Assembly (NCBI GenBank): GCA_036513995.1
Contig: DATBXZ010000139.1
Coordinates: forward strand, 1-32,134
Length of the DNA: 32,134 nt
Direction of reading: 5' to 3'
DNA from: Solirubrobacterales bacterium
GTDB taxonomy: Bacteria > Actinomycetota > Thermoleophilia > Solirubrobacterales > 70-9
The position numbers and the translations under genes are program-made. The notes beneath the pieces were generated by a model. The model searched no databases. It saw only the letters and a program-made list of their open reading frames with translations, and was not told the DNA's origin. Below, piece after piece: positions 21,368 to 29,392 of this stretch (position 1 is its first letter; each line of letters begins with the position of its first letter).

Positions 21368-23168
21368 GGAGCACCTCCTCGAGGCTGGTCTGCCCCTCGC
21401 GAACCTTCTCGATGCCGGCCTCGCGCAGGGTGACCATCCCCTCTTCGCGAGCGAGGGTGGCGATGTCGCTCTCTGAGGCGTGGCTTACGGTCATCTCTTT
21501 GAGGCGTTCGGTCAAGCTCATCACGGAGTAGATGCCGATCCGGCCGCGGTAGCCGCCGTGTCCGCAACGCGCGCATCCGACCGGCTGGTACCCCTCTATG
21601 TCGCCGTCCACCTCTACTCCTGCTTCGGCAACCGAAGCTGCAGGGATGCGGAGGGGCTCTTTGCAGCTCGAGCAGAGTTTGCGGGCGAGGCGCTGGGCGA
21701 CGACACAATCGACTGCGGAGGCGGTGAGGAAGGACTCGATTCCCATCTCGTTGAGGCGGGCGATCGCCCCCGGCGCATCGTTGGTGTGCAGCGTGCTCAG
21801 CATCATGTGGCCGGTCAGTGCCGCCTCGATCGCGATCCGCGCCGTCTCCGCGTCGCGGATCTCGCCGACCATGACGATGTCGGGGTCGGCACGCAGGACC
21901 GAGCGCAGCCCACGGGCGAAGTCGAGCCCCGCCTTGCGGTTGACGTTCATCTGGCTGATGCCGGGGATCCGGTACTCGACCGGGTCCTCGATCGTGATGA
22001 TCTTCTTCTCGACCTGGTTCATCTCCGCAAGTGCCGCGTAGAGCGTCGTCGACTTGCCGGAGCCGGTGGGACCGGTGACGAGGACCGCGCCGTAAGCGCT
22101 GCCAAAGGCCTTTTCGAAGCGAGCGCGAGCTTCGCCCTCCATTCCGAGGTCGTCGAGCGTCCGCTCGGCGTTGCTTTCGTCGAGGATCCGGATCGTCCCG
22201 CCCTCGCCGCGCTGAGTCGGCAGGGTGGTCACCCGCAGATCGACGCGGCGATCCTCGACGCTGACGCTGACGCGGCCGTCCTGCGGCACCCGTTTCTCGG
22301 CAATGTCGAGCTCACTCATGATCTTCAGGCGGGAGACGACGGCATTGACCATCCGGCGGGGAATGTGGGCTGCCTCTCTCAGCACTCCGTCGACCCTGAA
22401 GCGAACCCGGAGATCGTCCTCTTCGGGCTCCAGATGGATGTCCGAGGCTCCCTCGGAGACGGCCTGCGCGAGGATGCTGTAGACGAGCTTGATCACCGGC
22501 GCGTCCTCGGCTCCCGCCTGCATTTCCGTCGGGTCAAGGGTGTCGGCATCCGTTTCGGCGCCGTGCTCCTCGATGATCGCGTCCGCGGCAGCACTCTGCA
22601 GAGTGCCGAGCCGGGAGAGCAGCGACTCGATGTCGTCTTCGGCGGCAACGGCGATCCGGCAATCGAGCCCCGTGGCCAGCCTGACGTCGTTGACGACGAG
22701 GACATTGGCCGGGTCGACCGCCGCGACGAGGAGCGTCCGGGCGTCGACATAGCCGACCGGTACGGCTTTGTAGCGGCGGGCCATGGCGACCGGGAAGAGC
22801 GCCGAAGCCCCAAGATCGACTTGGTAGATCCCAAGGTCGACGTGGTCGAGGCCGTAGCGCTCCGCGACCGCGCGCGAGTACTGATCGGTGGTGATCTGAC
22901 CCTGCTCGAGCAGCAGCCCCTCAGGCGTCCGACCGGCGATCGGGCCCGCCTCGATTGCCGCCTCGACGCTCTCCTGACTCGAGAAGCCGAGTTCGACCAA
23001 GACATCGGTGATCAGCCCCCGCGAGTGGCCGCGGTGCAGAGGCGAAGTCAGCCCGGGCACAGAGGGCTCGGGCACAACCGCCATCGCGACCCCCTCACCG
23101 TAGCCGCCGTCGTCCTCGTAGCCGGCGACGGCTCCGACGCGAGGCGGGTATGGATCGGACAGGCTCAT
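21354..23168 (-). CDS. pilB: type IV pilus assembly (extension) ATPase PilB (GspE family)
   Basis: 604 aa. VTGPTGSGKSTTLYAAL, ITIEDPVEYRIPG, tetracysteine region CSSCK...CARCGHGGYRGRIGIYSVM, and a GspE N-terminal domain (LLLEQGQITTDQYSRAVAERYGL). Confidence 0.93.
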   Translation of the reverse strand: MSLSDPYPPRVGAVAGYEDDGGYGEGVAMAVVPEPSVPGLTSPLHRGHSRGLITDVLVELGFSSQESVEAAIEAGPIAGRTPEGLLLEQGQITTDQYSRAVAERYGLDHVDLGIYQVDLGASALFPVAMARRYKAVPVGYVDARTLLVAAVDPANVLVVNDVRLATGLDCRIAVAAEDDIESLLSRLGTLQSAAADAIIEEHGAETDADTLDPTEMQAGAEDAPVIKLVYSILAQAVSEGASDIHLEPEEDDLRVRFRVDGVLREAAHIPRRMVNAVVSRLKIMSELDIAEKRVPQDGRVSVSVEDRRVDLRVTTLPTQRGEGGTIRILDESNAERTLDDLGMEGEARARFEKAFGSAYGAVLVTGPTGSGKSTTLYAALAEMNQVEKKIITIEDPVEYRIPGISQMNVNRKAGLDFARGLRSVLRADPDIVMVGEIRDAETARIAIEAALTGHMMLSTLHTNDAPGAIARLNEMGIESFLTASAVDCVVAQRLARKLCSSCKEPLRIPAASVAEAGVEVDGDIEGYQPVGCARCGHGGYRGRIGIYSVMSLTERLKEMTVSHASESDIATLAREEGMVTLREAGIEKVREGQTSLEEVLRVTA

Positions 23169-23170
23169 GC

Positions 23171-23806
23171 TCAGCCGGGGTAGTAGGTCGCAGATGGACC
23201 GTCGTACCGCGCATCGCGCACTGCCTGTTCCATGCTCTGCGGGCTCTGGTAACCGTAGATAACGCTAGCCTGCGGATTGCCGTCGCTGAGTGAGCGCGGG
23301 CGCACCGTGATCAGCGCCGGAACCCGCTGCACTTCGACCGCCAGCGTCACCGCGGCATAACGGGCTATCTGCGAAACCGGCACGACGAAGACGGCAACAT
23401 CGCCAAGCGCGTTCAGACGGGGAACGGAACGCTTGACGAGGCGATCGTCGATGCCGCCGTCGTGGACGACGAGGAGGACGACGGTCTTGCCGGAGTCGTA
23501 AGCCTCGGCCACCGGATGCGGCAGCGGCGGCGCGGGAATCGAGGCGGCAACCGAGGCGGCCGAGGCTTCGCTGGCGGCGGCTTCGATCGCGCCTTCGACA
23601 GCACCTTCAACCGCTTCTCCCGGCGTGGCGCCGACGGCGGTTCCGGTGGCTTCGGTGCCGGCGACGGCGACCGTTGCTTCGGTCGACGCGGCTTCTTCGC
23701 TTTCTTCGCCACCGCCCATGTTCATCAACATGAAGCCCGCGACCAGGAGAAGAATGACGATCAGCCCAACCTGGTACTTCGGATCGCTGTTGATCTTGTC
23801 CCTCAT
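23171..23806 (-). CDS. hypothetical membrane-anchored protein (211 aa) between the pilT paralog and pilB
   Basis: ATGA overlap with the upstream gene and a 2-nt gap to pilB. One TM segment (VGLIVILLLVAGFMLMNM), an Ala/Glu/Thr-rich linker, and a C-terminal alpha/beta domain of about 110 aa (GKTVVLLVVHDGGIDD...VAVFVVPVSQIARYAAV...VPALITVRP). The strand order resembles a thioredoxin-like fold, but there is no CxxC. Confidence 0.7.
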   Translation of the reverse strand: MRDKINSDPKYQVGLIVILLLVAGFMLMNMGGGEESEEAASTEATVAVAGTEATGTAVGATPGEAVEGAVEGAIEAAASEASAASVAASIPAPPLPHPVAEAYDSGKTVVLLVVHDGGIDDRLVKRSVPRLNALGDVAVFVVPVSQIARYAAVTLAVEVQRVPALITVRPRSLSDGNPQASVIYGYQSPQSMEQAVRDARYDGPSATYYPG

Positions 23807-24921
23807 GACGCCACCGGGGCCTCTCCGAGCTGCTCGATGCCGCTCGCGCGCTGGCCGCCGGCGGCCAGCATCAGTTTGAAGTCGTGGGGGCTGGAGGCGT
23901 AGTCCATCGCCGTCTCCTCGCTGATCCGGCCTTCCATCGCGTAGGTGAGGAGGGCCTGGTCGAAGGTGCGCATGCCGTAGTACTCGCCCTCGGAGATGAC
24001 CTCGGTGATCTTGCCCGTTTCCTCCGGGTTGAGGATCAGGTCCTGGACGCGGCCGGTGACGACGAGCACCTCGGAGGCGGGGACGCGGCCCTCGCCGGTG
24101 ATGTCCGGCACCAGGCGCTGGGCAATCGCCCCCCTCAGGGTCGAGGCCAGCATCACCCTCGCCTGCTGCTGCAGATGGGGCGGGAAGAAGTCGATGATGC
24201 GGTTGATCGTCTCGGTCGCGTCCAGGGTGTGGACCGTGGAGAGGACGAGGTGGCCGGTCTCAGCCGCCGAGAGGGCGGTGCGGACGGTCTCCTCGTCGCG
24301 CATCTCGCCGACCAGGATGATGTCGGGGTCCTGGCGCAGGACCCGTTTCATCGCCCGCCCGAAGCCCTTCGTGTCGGAGCCGACTTCGCGCTGGTTGACG
24401 ATCGAGCGTTTGTCCGGGTGCAGGTACTCGATCGGGTCCTCGAGCGTGATGATGTGGCGCGCCCGGGTCTGGTTGATGTGATCGATCATCGCCGCCAGGG
24501 TCGTGCTCTTGCCCGAGCCGGTGGTGCCGGTGACGAGGATGATCCCCCGCTGCTCCTCGGCCAGGGTGCGGACGACCTCGGGCAAACCGAGGTCGTCGAT
24601 CGAGCGGATCGTGAAGGGAATCGCGCGGCAGACGATCGAGATCGAGCCGCGCTGCTTGAAGCAGTTGACGCGGAAGCGGGAGACGCCCTCCAGCGCGTAG
24701 GCGAAGTCGGCCTCGCCGTCCTCCTCGAATTCAGCCTGCGAGCGCGCCTCGGCGATCGCCTTGAAGGCCTGCTCGGTGTCCTCGGCACTGAGCTCGCCGA
24801 ACCCCTCGAGGGGGATCAGTTCGCCGTGCATGCGAGCGACCGGAGGGGAATCGACCTTCACATGAAGGTCGGATCCCTCCCGCTCGACGAGGGTGCGCAG
24901 GGCTGAGTCGATGTCGAACAT
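23803..24921 (-). CDS. PilT-family hexameric ATPase paralog (PilU-like; lacks the AIRNLIRE motif)
   Basis: VTGTTGSGKSTTLAAMIDHI, ITLEDPIEYLH, DIILVGEMRD, ETGHLVLSTVHT. The position that holds AIRNLIRE in the other copy reads RVQDLILNPEETGK here. Confidence 0.88.
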   Translation of the reverse strand: MFDIDSALRTLVEREGSDLHVKVDSPPVARMHGELIPLEGFGELSAEDTEQAFKAIAEARSQAEFEEDGEADFAYALEGVSRFRVNCFKQRGSISIVCRAIPFTIRSIDDLGLPEVVRTLAEEQRGIILVTGTTGSGKSTTLAAMIDHINQTRARHIITLEDPIEYLHPDKRSIVNQREVGSDTKGFGRAMKRVLRQDPDIILVGEMRDEETVRTALSAAETGHLVLSTVHTLDATETINRIIDFFPPHLQQQARVMLASTLRGAIAQRLVPDITGEGRVPASEVLVVTGRVQDLILNPEETGKITEVISEGEYYGMRTFDQALLTYAMEGRISEETAMDYASSPHDFKLMLAAGGQRASGIEQLGEAPVAS

Positions 24922-24978
24922 CCCGACCTATATCGGCCGGAATGTTCGTCCACTTGACCCAGCAAATAATCGTGCGGG

Positions 24979-26085
24979 CTACGCCACCTCGCGCAGTTTC
25001 TGGGCCTCGCCCAGCGACTGCAGCTTTTTCAGGCTCTGGTTCTCGATCTGGCGGATCCGCTCGCGGGTGACGTTGAAGGTCCGCCCCACCTCGTCGAGCG
25101 TGCGCGGATGCTCGCCGCCGAGGCCGTAGCGCAGCTCCAGAACGCGCCGCTCACGGTAGGAGAGGTTCTCCAGCGCTTCCTTCAGCGCCTCTTTGGTCAG
25201 CAGGTCCGCGGCCCGGTCGAACGGCGACTCGGCCTTCTCGTCGGCGATGAACTGGCCGAACTCGGACTCCTCCTCGTCGCCGACCGGCTTCTCCAGCGAG
25301 ACCGGCGCCTGGGCGGAGCGCTTGATCGAGTCGACCTCCTCGGGATCGATCCCCGTCACCTCGGCGATCTCCTCCGGCGTCGGCTCGCGCCCCAGCTCGG
25401 TGACCAGCTTGCGCTCGGCGCGCCCGATCTTGTTCAGCTTCTCGACCACGTGGACCGGGATCCGGATCGTGCGGGCCTTGTCGGCCAGAGCACGAGCGAT
25501 CGCCTGGCGGATCCACCAGGTCGCGTAGGTCGAGAACTTGAACCCCTTGCGGTAGTCGAACTTCTCGGCCGCACGGACCAGGCCCAGCGTGCCCTCCTGG
25601 ATCAAATCGAGGAAGGGAAGGCCCTGGTTTCGGTAATTTTTTGCGATCGAGACGACCAGGCGCAGGTTCGACTCGACCATTTTCTGCTTCGCGTCGAGGT
25701 CGCCGCGCTCGATGCGCTTGGCGAGTTCGACCTCCTCCGCGGCGGTCAGCAGGCGGACTTTGCCGATGTCCTTGAGGAACAACTGCAGGGAATCCGTGGT
25801 CATGTCCGGTTTCAGGTCCAGCGCCGCTTTCTGGCGACGACGACCTTTTTTGCCGGTGTCGGCGGGCATCGCGTCCGCGGCCGCTTTCTGGGCCGGGTCC
25901 ATGTCCTCGACGAGCTCGATCCCCGACTTCTCGAGGTGCCCGTAGAGATCCTCGACGTCCGACTCGTCGAGATCGACCTCGGACACGGCCGAGGCGATAT
26001 CGCCGAAGGTCAGCACGCCCAGCTGCTGCCCGCGATTGATGAGGCCTTTGACCTCCTCCAACTCCTGAAGCTCTGCTACCAGCAT
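24979..26085 (-). CDS. sigA: RpoD-type (group 1-like) sigma-70 factor
   Basis: Region 1.1-like acidic N-terminus, region 2 [53 protein letters not shown], and region 4 [15 protein letters not shown]...[20 protein letters not shown]. Confidence 0.9.
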   Translation of the reverse strand: MLVAELQELEEVKGLINRGQQLGVLTFGDIASAVSEVDLDESDVEDLYGHLEKSGIELVEDMDPAQKAAADAMPADTGKKGRRRQKAALDLKPDMTTDSLQLFLKDIGKVRLLTAAEEVELAKRIERGDLDAKQKMVESNLRLVVSIAKNYRNQGLPFLDLIQEGTLGLVRAAEKFDYRKGFKFSTYATWWIRQAIARALADKARTIRIPVHVVEKLNKIGRAERKLVTELGREPTPEEIAEVTGIDPEEVDSIKRSAQAPVSLEKPVGDEEESEFGQFIADEKAESPFDRAADLLTKEALKEALENLSYRERRVLELRYGLGGEHPRTLDEVGRTFNVTRERIRQIENQSLKKLQSLGEAQKLREVA

Positions 26086-26282
26086 GCGATCTACTCGTTT
26101 CCCTAGCGCTTCGTGTTTAGTCCTGGCAATGAAATGCCGCCGCGCACCGAAAGTCGCGCCGGCCGATAGAAAAGCGGACCGACGACCTGGCCCGCGAAGT
26201 AAGCATCAAAGGATCTGATCTGCACTGTAGCCCGGAGGGCGTGCGTCGAAACCTCGTCAAACGCTTGTTCGTATCGTAGTCG

Positions 26283-26297
26283 CTTCAGTTTGTGAAG
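26283..26297. promoter_or_regulatory. second copy of the CTTCA-N5-TGAAG inverted repeat
   Basis: gCTTCAgtttgTGAAGt overlaps the GTG candidate start of yihY (26292). It lies in the sigA / yihY divergent spacer. Confidence 0.3.
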
Positions 26298-27233
26298 TCA
26301 ATGCCCAACTCGATGCGCAATCCCAAACCCTGGCTGAGCGCCTTCTGGCAGCGCGCTTACCGCGAGAACGTCACCGGGCTCTCGGCGATGGTCGCCTACA
26401 ACCTGATGCTGGCGGTCTTCCCCTTCGCCCTCCTGGTCCTCTTCGTCTTCGGCCAGGTCCTGAAGATAAAGGGGGTCGAGACCAGCGTCGTCAACGACCT
26501 CGAGCGCCTCTTCCCCAGCGTCGAGCAGCACACCCTGACCGACGTCCTCAACCGCATCCAGGACAACTCGACGACGATCGGGATCGCCGCCTTCATCGGC
26601 TCGCTCTGGATCGGCGCCTCCTTCTGGGGCGCGATGGACACCGCCTTCTGCCGCATCTACCACGTCGAGTGCCGCGGCTGGGTCGAGCAGAAGCGCTTCT
26701 CCTTCGCGATGCTGGGGGTGGTCCTGCTCTTCATCGCCGCCAGCATCTTCGTCCCGGCGATCGAGAGCGGCGTCGTCAACAGCACCGACCGGCTGCCGTT
26801 CGGCCTCGCCCACATCAAGGCGATCGACACGGTGCTGCTGCTCGGCGCCGCCCTGCTCGTCACCTTCGCGATCTGCACGGTGATCTTCTGGGCGGTGCCG
26901 AAAGGGCACATGCCCTGGCGCGCGGTCTGGCCCGGGGCGGCCTTCGTCACCATCGCCGCCGGCCTCGCCAACTGGCTCTTCCCGATCTACCTCTCCAACG
27001 TCTCCAGCCTCTCCCACTTCGGCTCGACCCTGGGCTTCATCCTCATCGCCCTGCTCTGGTTCTACGTGCTCAGCCTGGCGCTGCTGGTCGGCGCGGTGAT
27101 CAACTCGCTGCGCTTCGAGGTCCACGACACCGGCGAGCTCCCCTATGGCCGCAAGCGCCCGTGCGATGGCTGCGGGGGCGCGGGCGAAACGGGCTCGCCG
27201 GCAGGCGTGAGCACTTCGACGCCGAAGCGATGA
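26292..27233 (+). CDS. YihY/BrkB-family integral membrane protein
   Basis: AFWQRAYRENVTGLSAMVAYNLMLAVFPFALLVL, about 6 TM segments, and LWFYVLSLALLVGAVINS. The start is either GTG 26292 or ATG 26301. Confidence 0.8.
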   Translation: MKSMPNSMRNPKPWLSAFWQRAYRENVTGLSAMVAYNLMLAVFPFALLVLFVFGQVLKIKGVETSVVNDLERLFPSVEQHTLTDVLNRIQDNSTTIGIAAFIGSLWIGASFWGAMDTAFCRIYHVECRGWVEQKRFSFAMLGVVLLFIAASIFVPAIESGVVNSTDRLPFGLAHIKAIDTVLLLGAALLVTFAICTVIFWAVPKGHMPWRAVWPGAAFVTIAAGLANWLFPIYLSNVSSLSHFGSTLGFILIALLWFYVLSLALLVGAVINSLRFEVHDTGELPYGRKRPCDGCGGAGETGSPAGVSTSTPKR

Positions 27234-28133
27234 TCACGGCCCCGGCCTGAGGTCCGCCACCGCCTCGTTCAGGGCGGCGGGCAACGGCGTCTTGGCGATC
27301 GCCGGGAGCAACTCCATGCCACTCGGGTCGGTGACGACGGTCTCGGTCGCGAGGCCCTCGACCAGGGGCCGCGCGACGCCGGCGTCGACCGGCGTGACCA
27401 GGCCGATCCAGAGCGAGGAGAGGCGCGGGGTGAGGATCGGGACGGTGAGGCGCAGCGGCGGCCGTCGGCCCAGGGCCCGGGCCAGCTCGTCGATCATGCC
27501 GCCGTAGGTGGTGACGTCGGGGCCGCCGATCTGGATCTCGCGGTCGAGCGGGGCCTCGAGGTCGGCAGCCGCGGCGAGGAAGCCGACGGCGTCGCCGATC
27601 GCGATCGGCTGGGTGCGGGTGGTGACCCAGCGCGGCGTCACCATCAGCGGCAGCCGCCGCACCAGGTAGAAGACGGTGAGGAAGGACTCGCTGCCGGCGC
27701 CGATCACCGCCGCGGCGCGGAAGTAGGTGACCGGGACCTCGCCGGCACCCAGGGCCACGGCCGTGGCGTGGCGGCTGGCCAGGTGCTCGGACCCCTTCCC
27801 CAGCCCACCCAGGTAGACGATCCGCCGCACCCCGGCCGCCGCCGCGGCGGCGGCGAAGTTGGCCGCCCCCTCCTTGTCGCGCCGGGCGAAGTTGCCGTCG
27901 GAACCACGCCCCATCGAGTGCACGAGGTAGTAGGCGACGTCGACCTCCGCCAGCGCCAGCGCCAGCGTCTCCGGCTCGAGCACGTCGGCCCGGCGGACAT
28001 CGCAACCGATGTCCCGCAGCTCGGAGGCGCCCTCCGGATGCCGCGCCAGTGCCCGCACTTCCAAGCCCTGCTCGCGCAACCGCGCACAAAGCCTTCCACC
28101 GACGTAGCCGGTCGACCCGGCAACAGCGATCAC
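27234..28133 (-). CDS. NAD(P)-binding SDR/NmrA-like protein
   Basis: MIAVAGSTGYVGGRLCARLREQG Rossmann GxxGxxG motif, 299 aa. GTG start at 28133. Confidence 0.8.
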   Translation of the reverse strand: MIAVAGSTGYVGGRLCARLREQGLEVRALARHPEGASELRDIGCDVRRADVLEPETLALALAEVDVAYYLVHSMGRGSDGNFARRDKEGAANFAAAAAAAGVRRIVYLGGLGKGSEHLASRHATAVALGAGEVPVTYFRAAAVIGAGSESFLTVFYLVRRLPLMVTPRWVTTRTQPIAIGDAVGFLAAAADLEAPLDREIQIGGPDVTTYGGMIDELARALGRRPPLRLTVPILTPRLSSLWIGLVTPVDAGVARPLVEGLATETVVTDPSGMELLPAIAKTPLPAALNEAVADLRPGP

Positions 28134-28170
28134 ATCGCCACGCTACCCCCGCGCGGCAAAAGCCAAGCTG

Positions 28171-29187
28171 TCAGCCGTATTTCTCGCCGATGATGCCGCG
28201 CAGCTTCGACCGGTCGTGCGTGGCCTGCACCCGGCGCACGGTGCCGGAGCGGGAGCGCATCACCAGCGACTCGGTGGTGGCGCCGTTGCCGCGGTAGCGG
28301 ACGCCCTGGAGGACGTCGCCGTCGGTGACGCCGGTGGCGGAGAAGAAGACGTCGTCGCCGGAGCAGAGGTCGTCGGCGGTGAGGATGCGGTCGAGGTCGT
28401 AGCCGGCGTCGATCGCCGCCTGGCGCTCGCCATCGTCGCGGGGCCAGAGCCGGCCCAGCAGCTGCCCGCCCATCGACTTCAGCGCCGCCGCCGAGAGCAC
28501 GCCCTCGGGGGTGCCGCCGATCCCCCAGAGCAGGTCGACCGGGGAGCGGTCGCTGACCGCAAGCAGGGCGGCGGAGACGTCGCCGTCGCTGATCAGGCGC
28601 AGGCGGGCGCCGGCCTCGCGCACTTCGCGCATCGCCTCCTCGTGGCGAGGGCGGTCGAGCATGACGACGATCACGTCGCCGACGCTCTCGCCCTTGCGCT
28701 CGGCGATCAGCTTCAGGGTCTCCGGCAGCGGCCGGTCGAGGTCGAGCAGGTCGGCGATCTCCTCGCCCCCCGCCATCTTTTCCATGTAGACGCAGGGGCC
28801 GGGGTCGAACATCGAGCCGCGCTCGGCCAGGGCGATCACGGCTAGGGCGCTGGGCATGCCGCGGGCGCAGAGCGTGGTCCCCTCCAGCGGATCGACGGCG
28901 ATGTCGCAGACCGGCGGGCTGCCGTCGCCGATCTGCTCGCCGTTGAAGAGCATCGGCGCTTCGTCCTTCTCGCCCTCGCCGATCACGACGACGCCGTCCA
29001 TCGCGACCGAGTCGAGTACGAAGCGCATCGCGTCGACCGCGGCGCCGTCGGCGGCGAGCTTGTCGCCCCGCCCGACCCAGCGGGCCGCGGCCAGGGCTCC
29101 CGCCTCGGTCACCCGCACCAGCTCCAGGGCGAGGTTGCGGTCGGGCTTGGTCGCCGGGGCACGCGAATCCTGAGGGGCATCTCCCAT
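28171..29187 (-). CDS. glpX: class II fructose-1,6-bisphosphatase GlpX
   Basis: LALELVRVTEAGALAAARWVGRGDKLAADGAAVDAMR, VVIGEGEKDEAPML, DIAVDPLEGTT, LDRPRH, LISDGDV, GIGGTPEGVLSAAALKSMGG, ATGVTDGDVLQGV. Start at ATG 29187 (338 aa). The 725-aa track ORF is an upstream antisense extension. Confidence 0.9.
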   Translation of the reverse strand: MGDAPQDSRAPATKPDRNLALELVRVTEAGALAAARWVGRGDKLAADGAAVDAMRFVLDSVAMDGVVVIGEGEKDEAPMLFNGEQIGDGSPPVCDIAVDPLEGTTLCARGMPSALAVIALAERGSMFDPGPCVYMEKMAGGEEIADLLDLDRPLPETLKLIAERKGESVGDVIVVMLDRPRHEEAMREVREAGARLRLISDGDVSAALLAVSDRSPVDLLWGIGGTPEGVLSAAALKSMGGQLLGRLWPRDDGERQAAIDAGYDLDRILTADDLCSGDDVFFSATGVTDGDVLQGVRYRGNGATTESLVMRSRSGTVRRVQATHDRSKLRGIIGEKYG

Positions 29188-29235
29188 CGCGCGGAGGCTA
29201 GCCGAAGGCGCGCAGCCACGACGTGCGCACTGCGT

Positions 29236-29257
29236 GCCGCGATGCGCGCATCGCGGC
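29236..29257. promoter_or_regulatory. 22-bp perfect palindrome in the glpX / GGDEF-EAL divergent spacer
   Basis: gccgcgatgcgcgcatcgcggc equals its own reverse complement (checked base by base). It sits 49 nt upstream of the glpX ATG. Confidence 0.5.
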
Positions 29258-29330
29258 CTGTGAACTGCGCACGAATTGGTGCAAACGTCCACGTCCTTCG
29301 TTCCCCGGTTAAGTGACGGGGCGCACATAC

Positions 29331-29372
29331 CGATACCGGCGCATCGTGGCGAGACCAGTCGATACCGGCGCA
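29331..29372 (+). repeat. two 13-nt direct repeats CGATACCGGCGCA, 29 nt start-to-start
   Basis: Copies at 29331..29343 and 29360..29372. The second ends 20 nt before the GGDEF-EAL ATG and just before its GGGGAG RBS. Confidence 0.8.
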
Positions 29373-29392
29373 GCCGGAGTGGGGAGATCCTG

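Noticed and set aside
26129-26218. 29-aa basic small ORF ([29 protein letters not shown]) in the sigA / yihY spacer.
   Set aside because: It has no RBS and poor GC3 (many A/T-ending codons) in a genome with very high GC3. It is most likely non-coding promoter or leader sequence.
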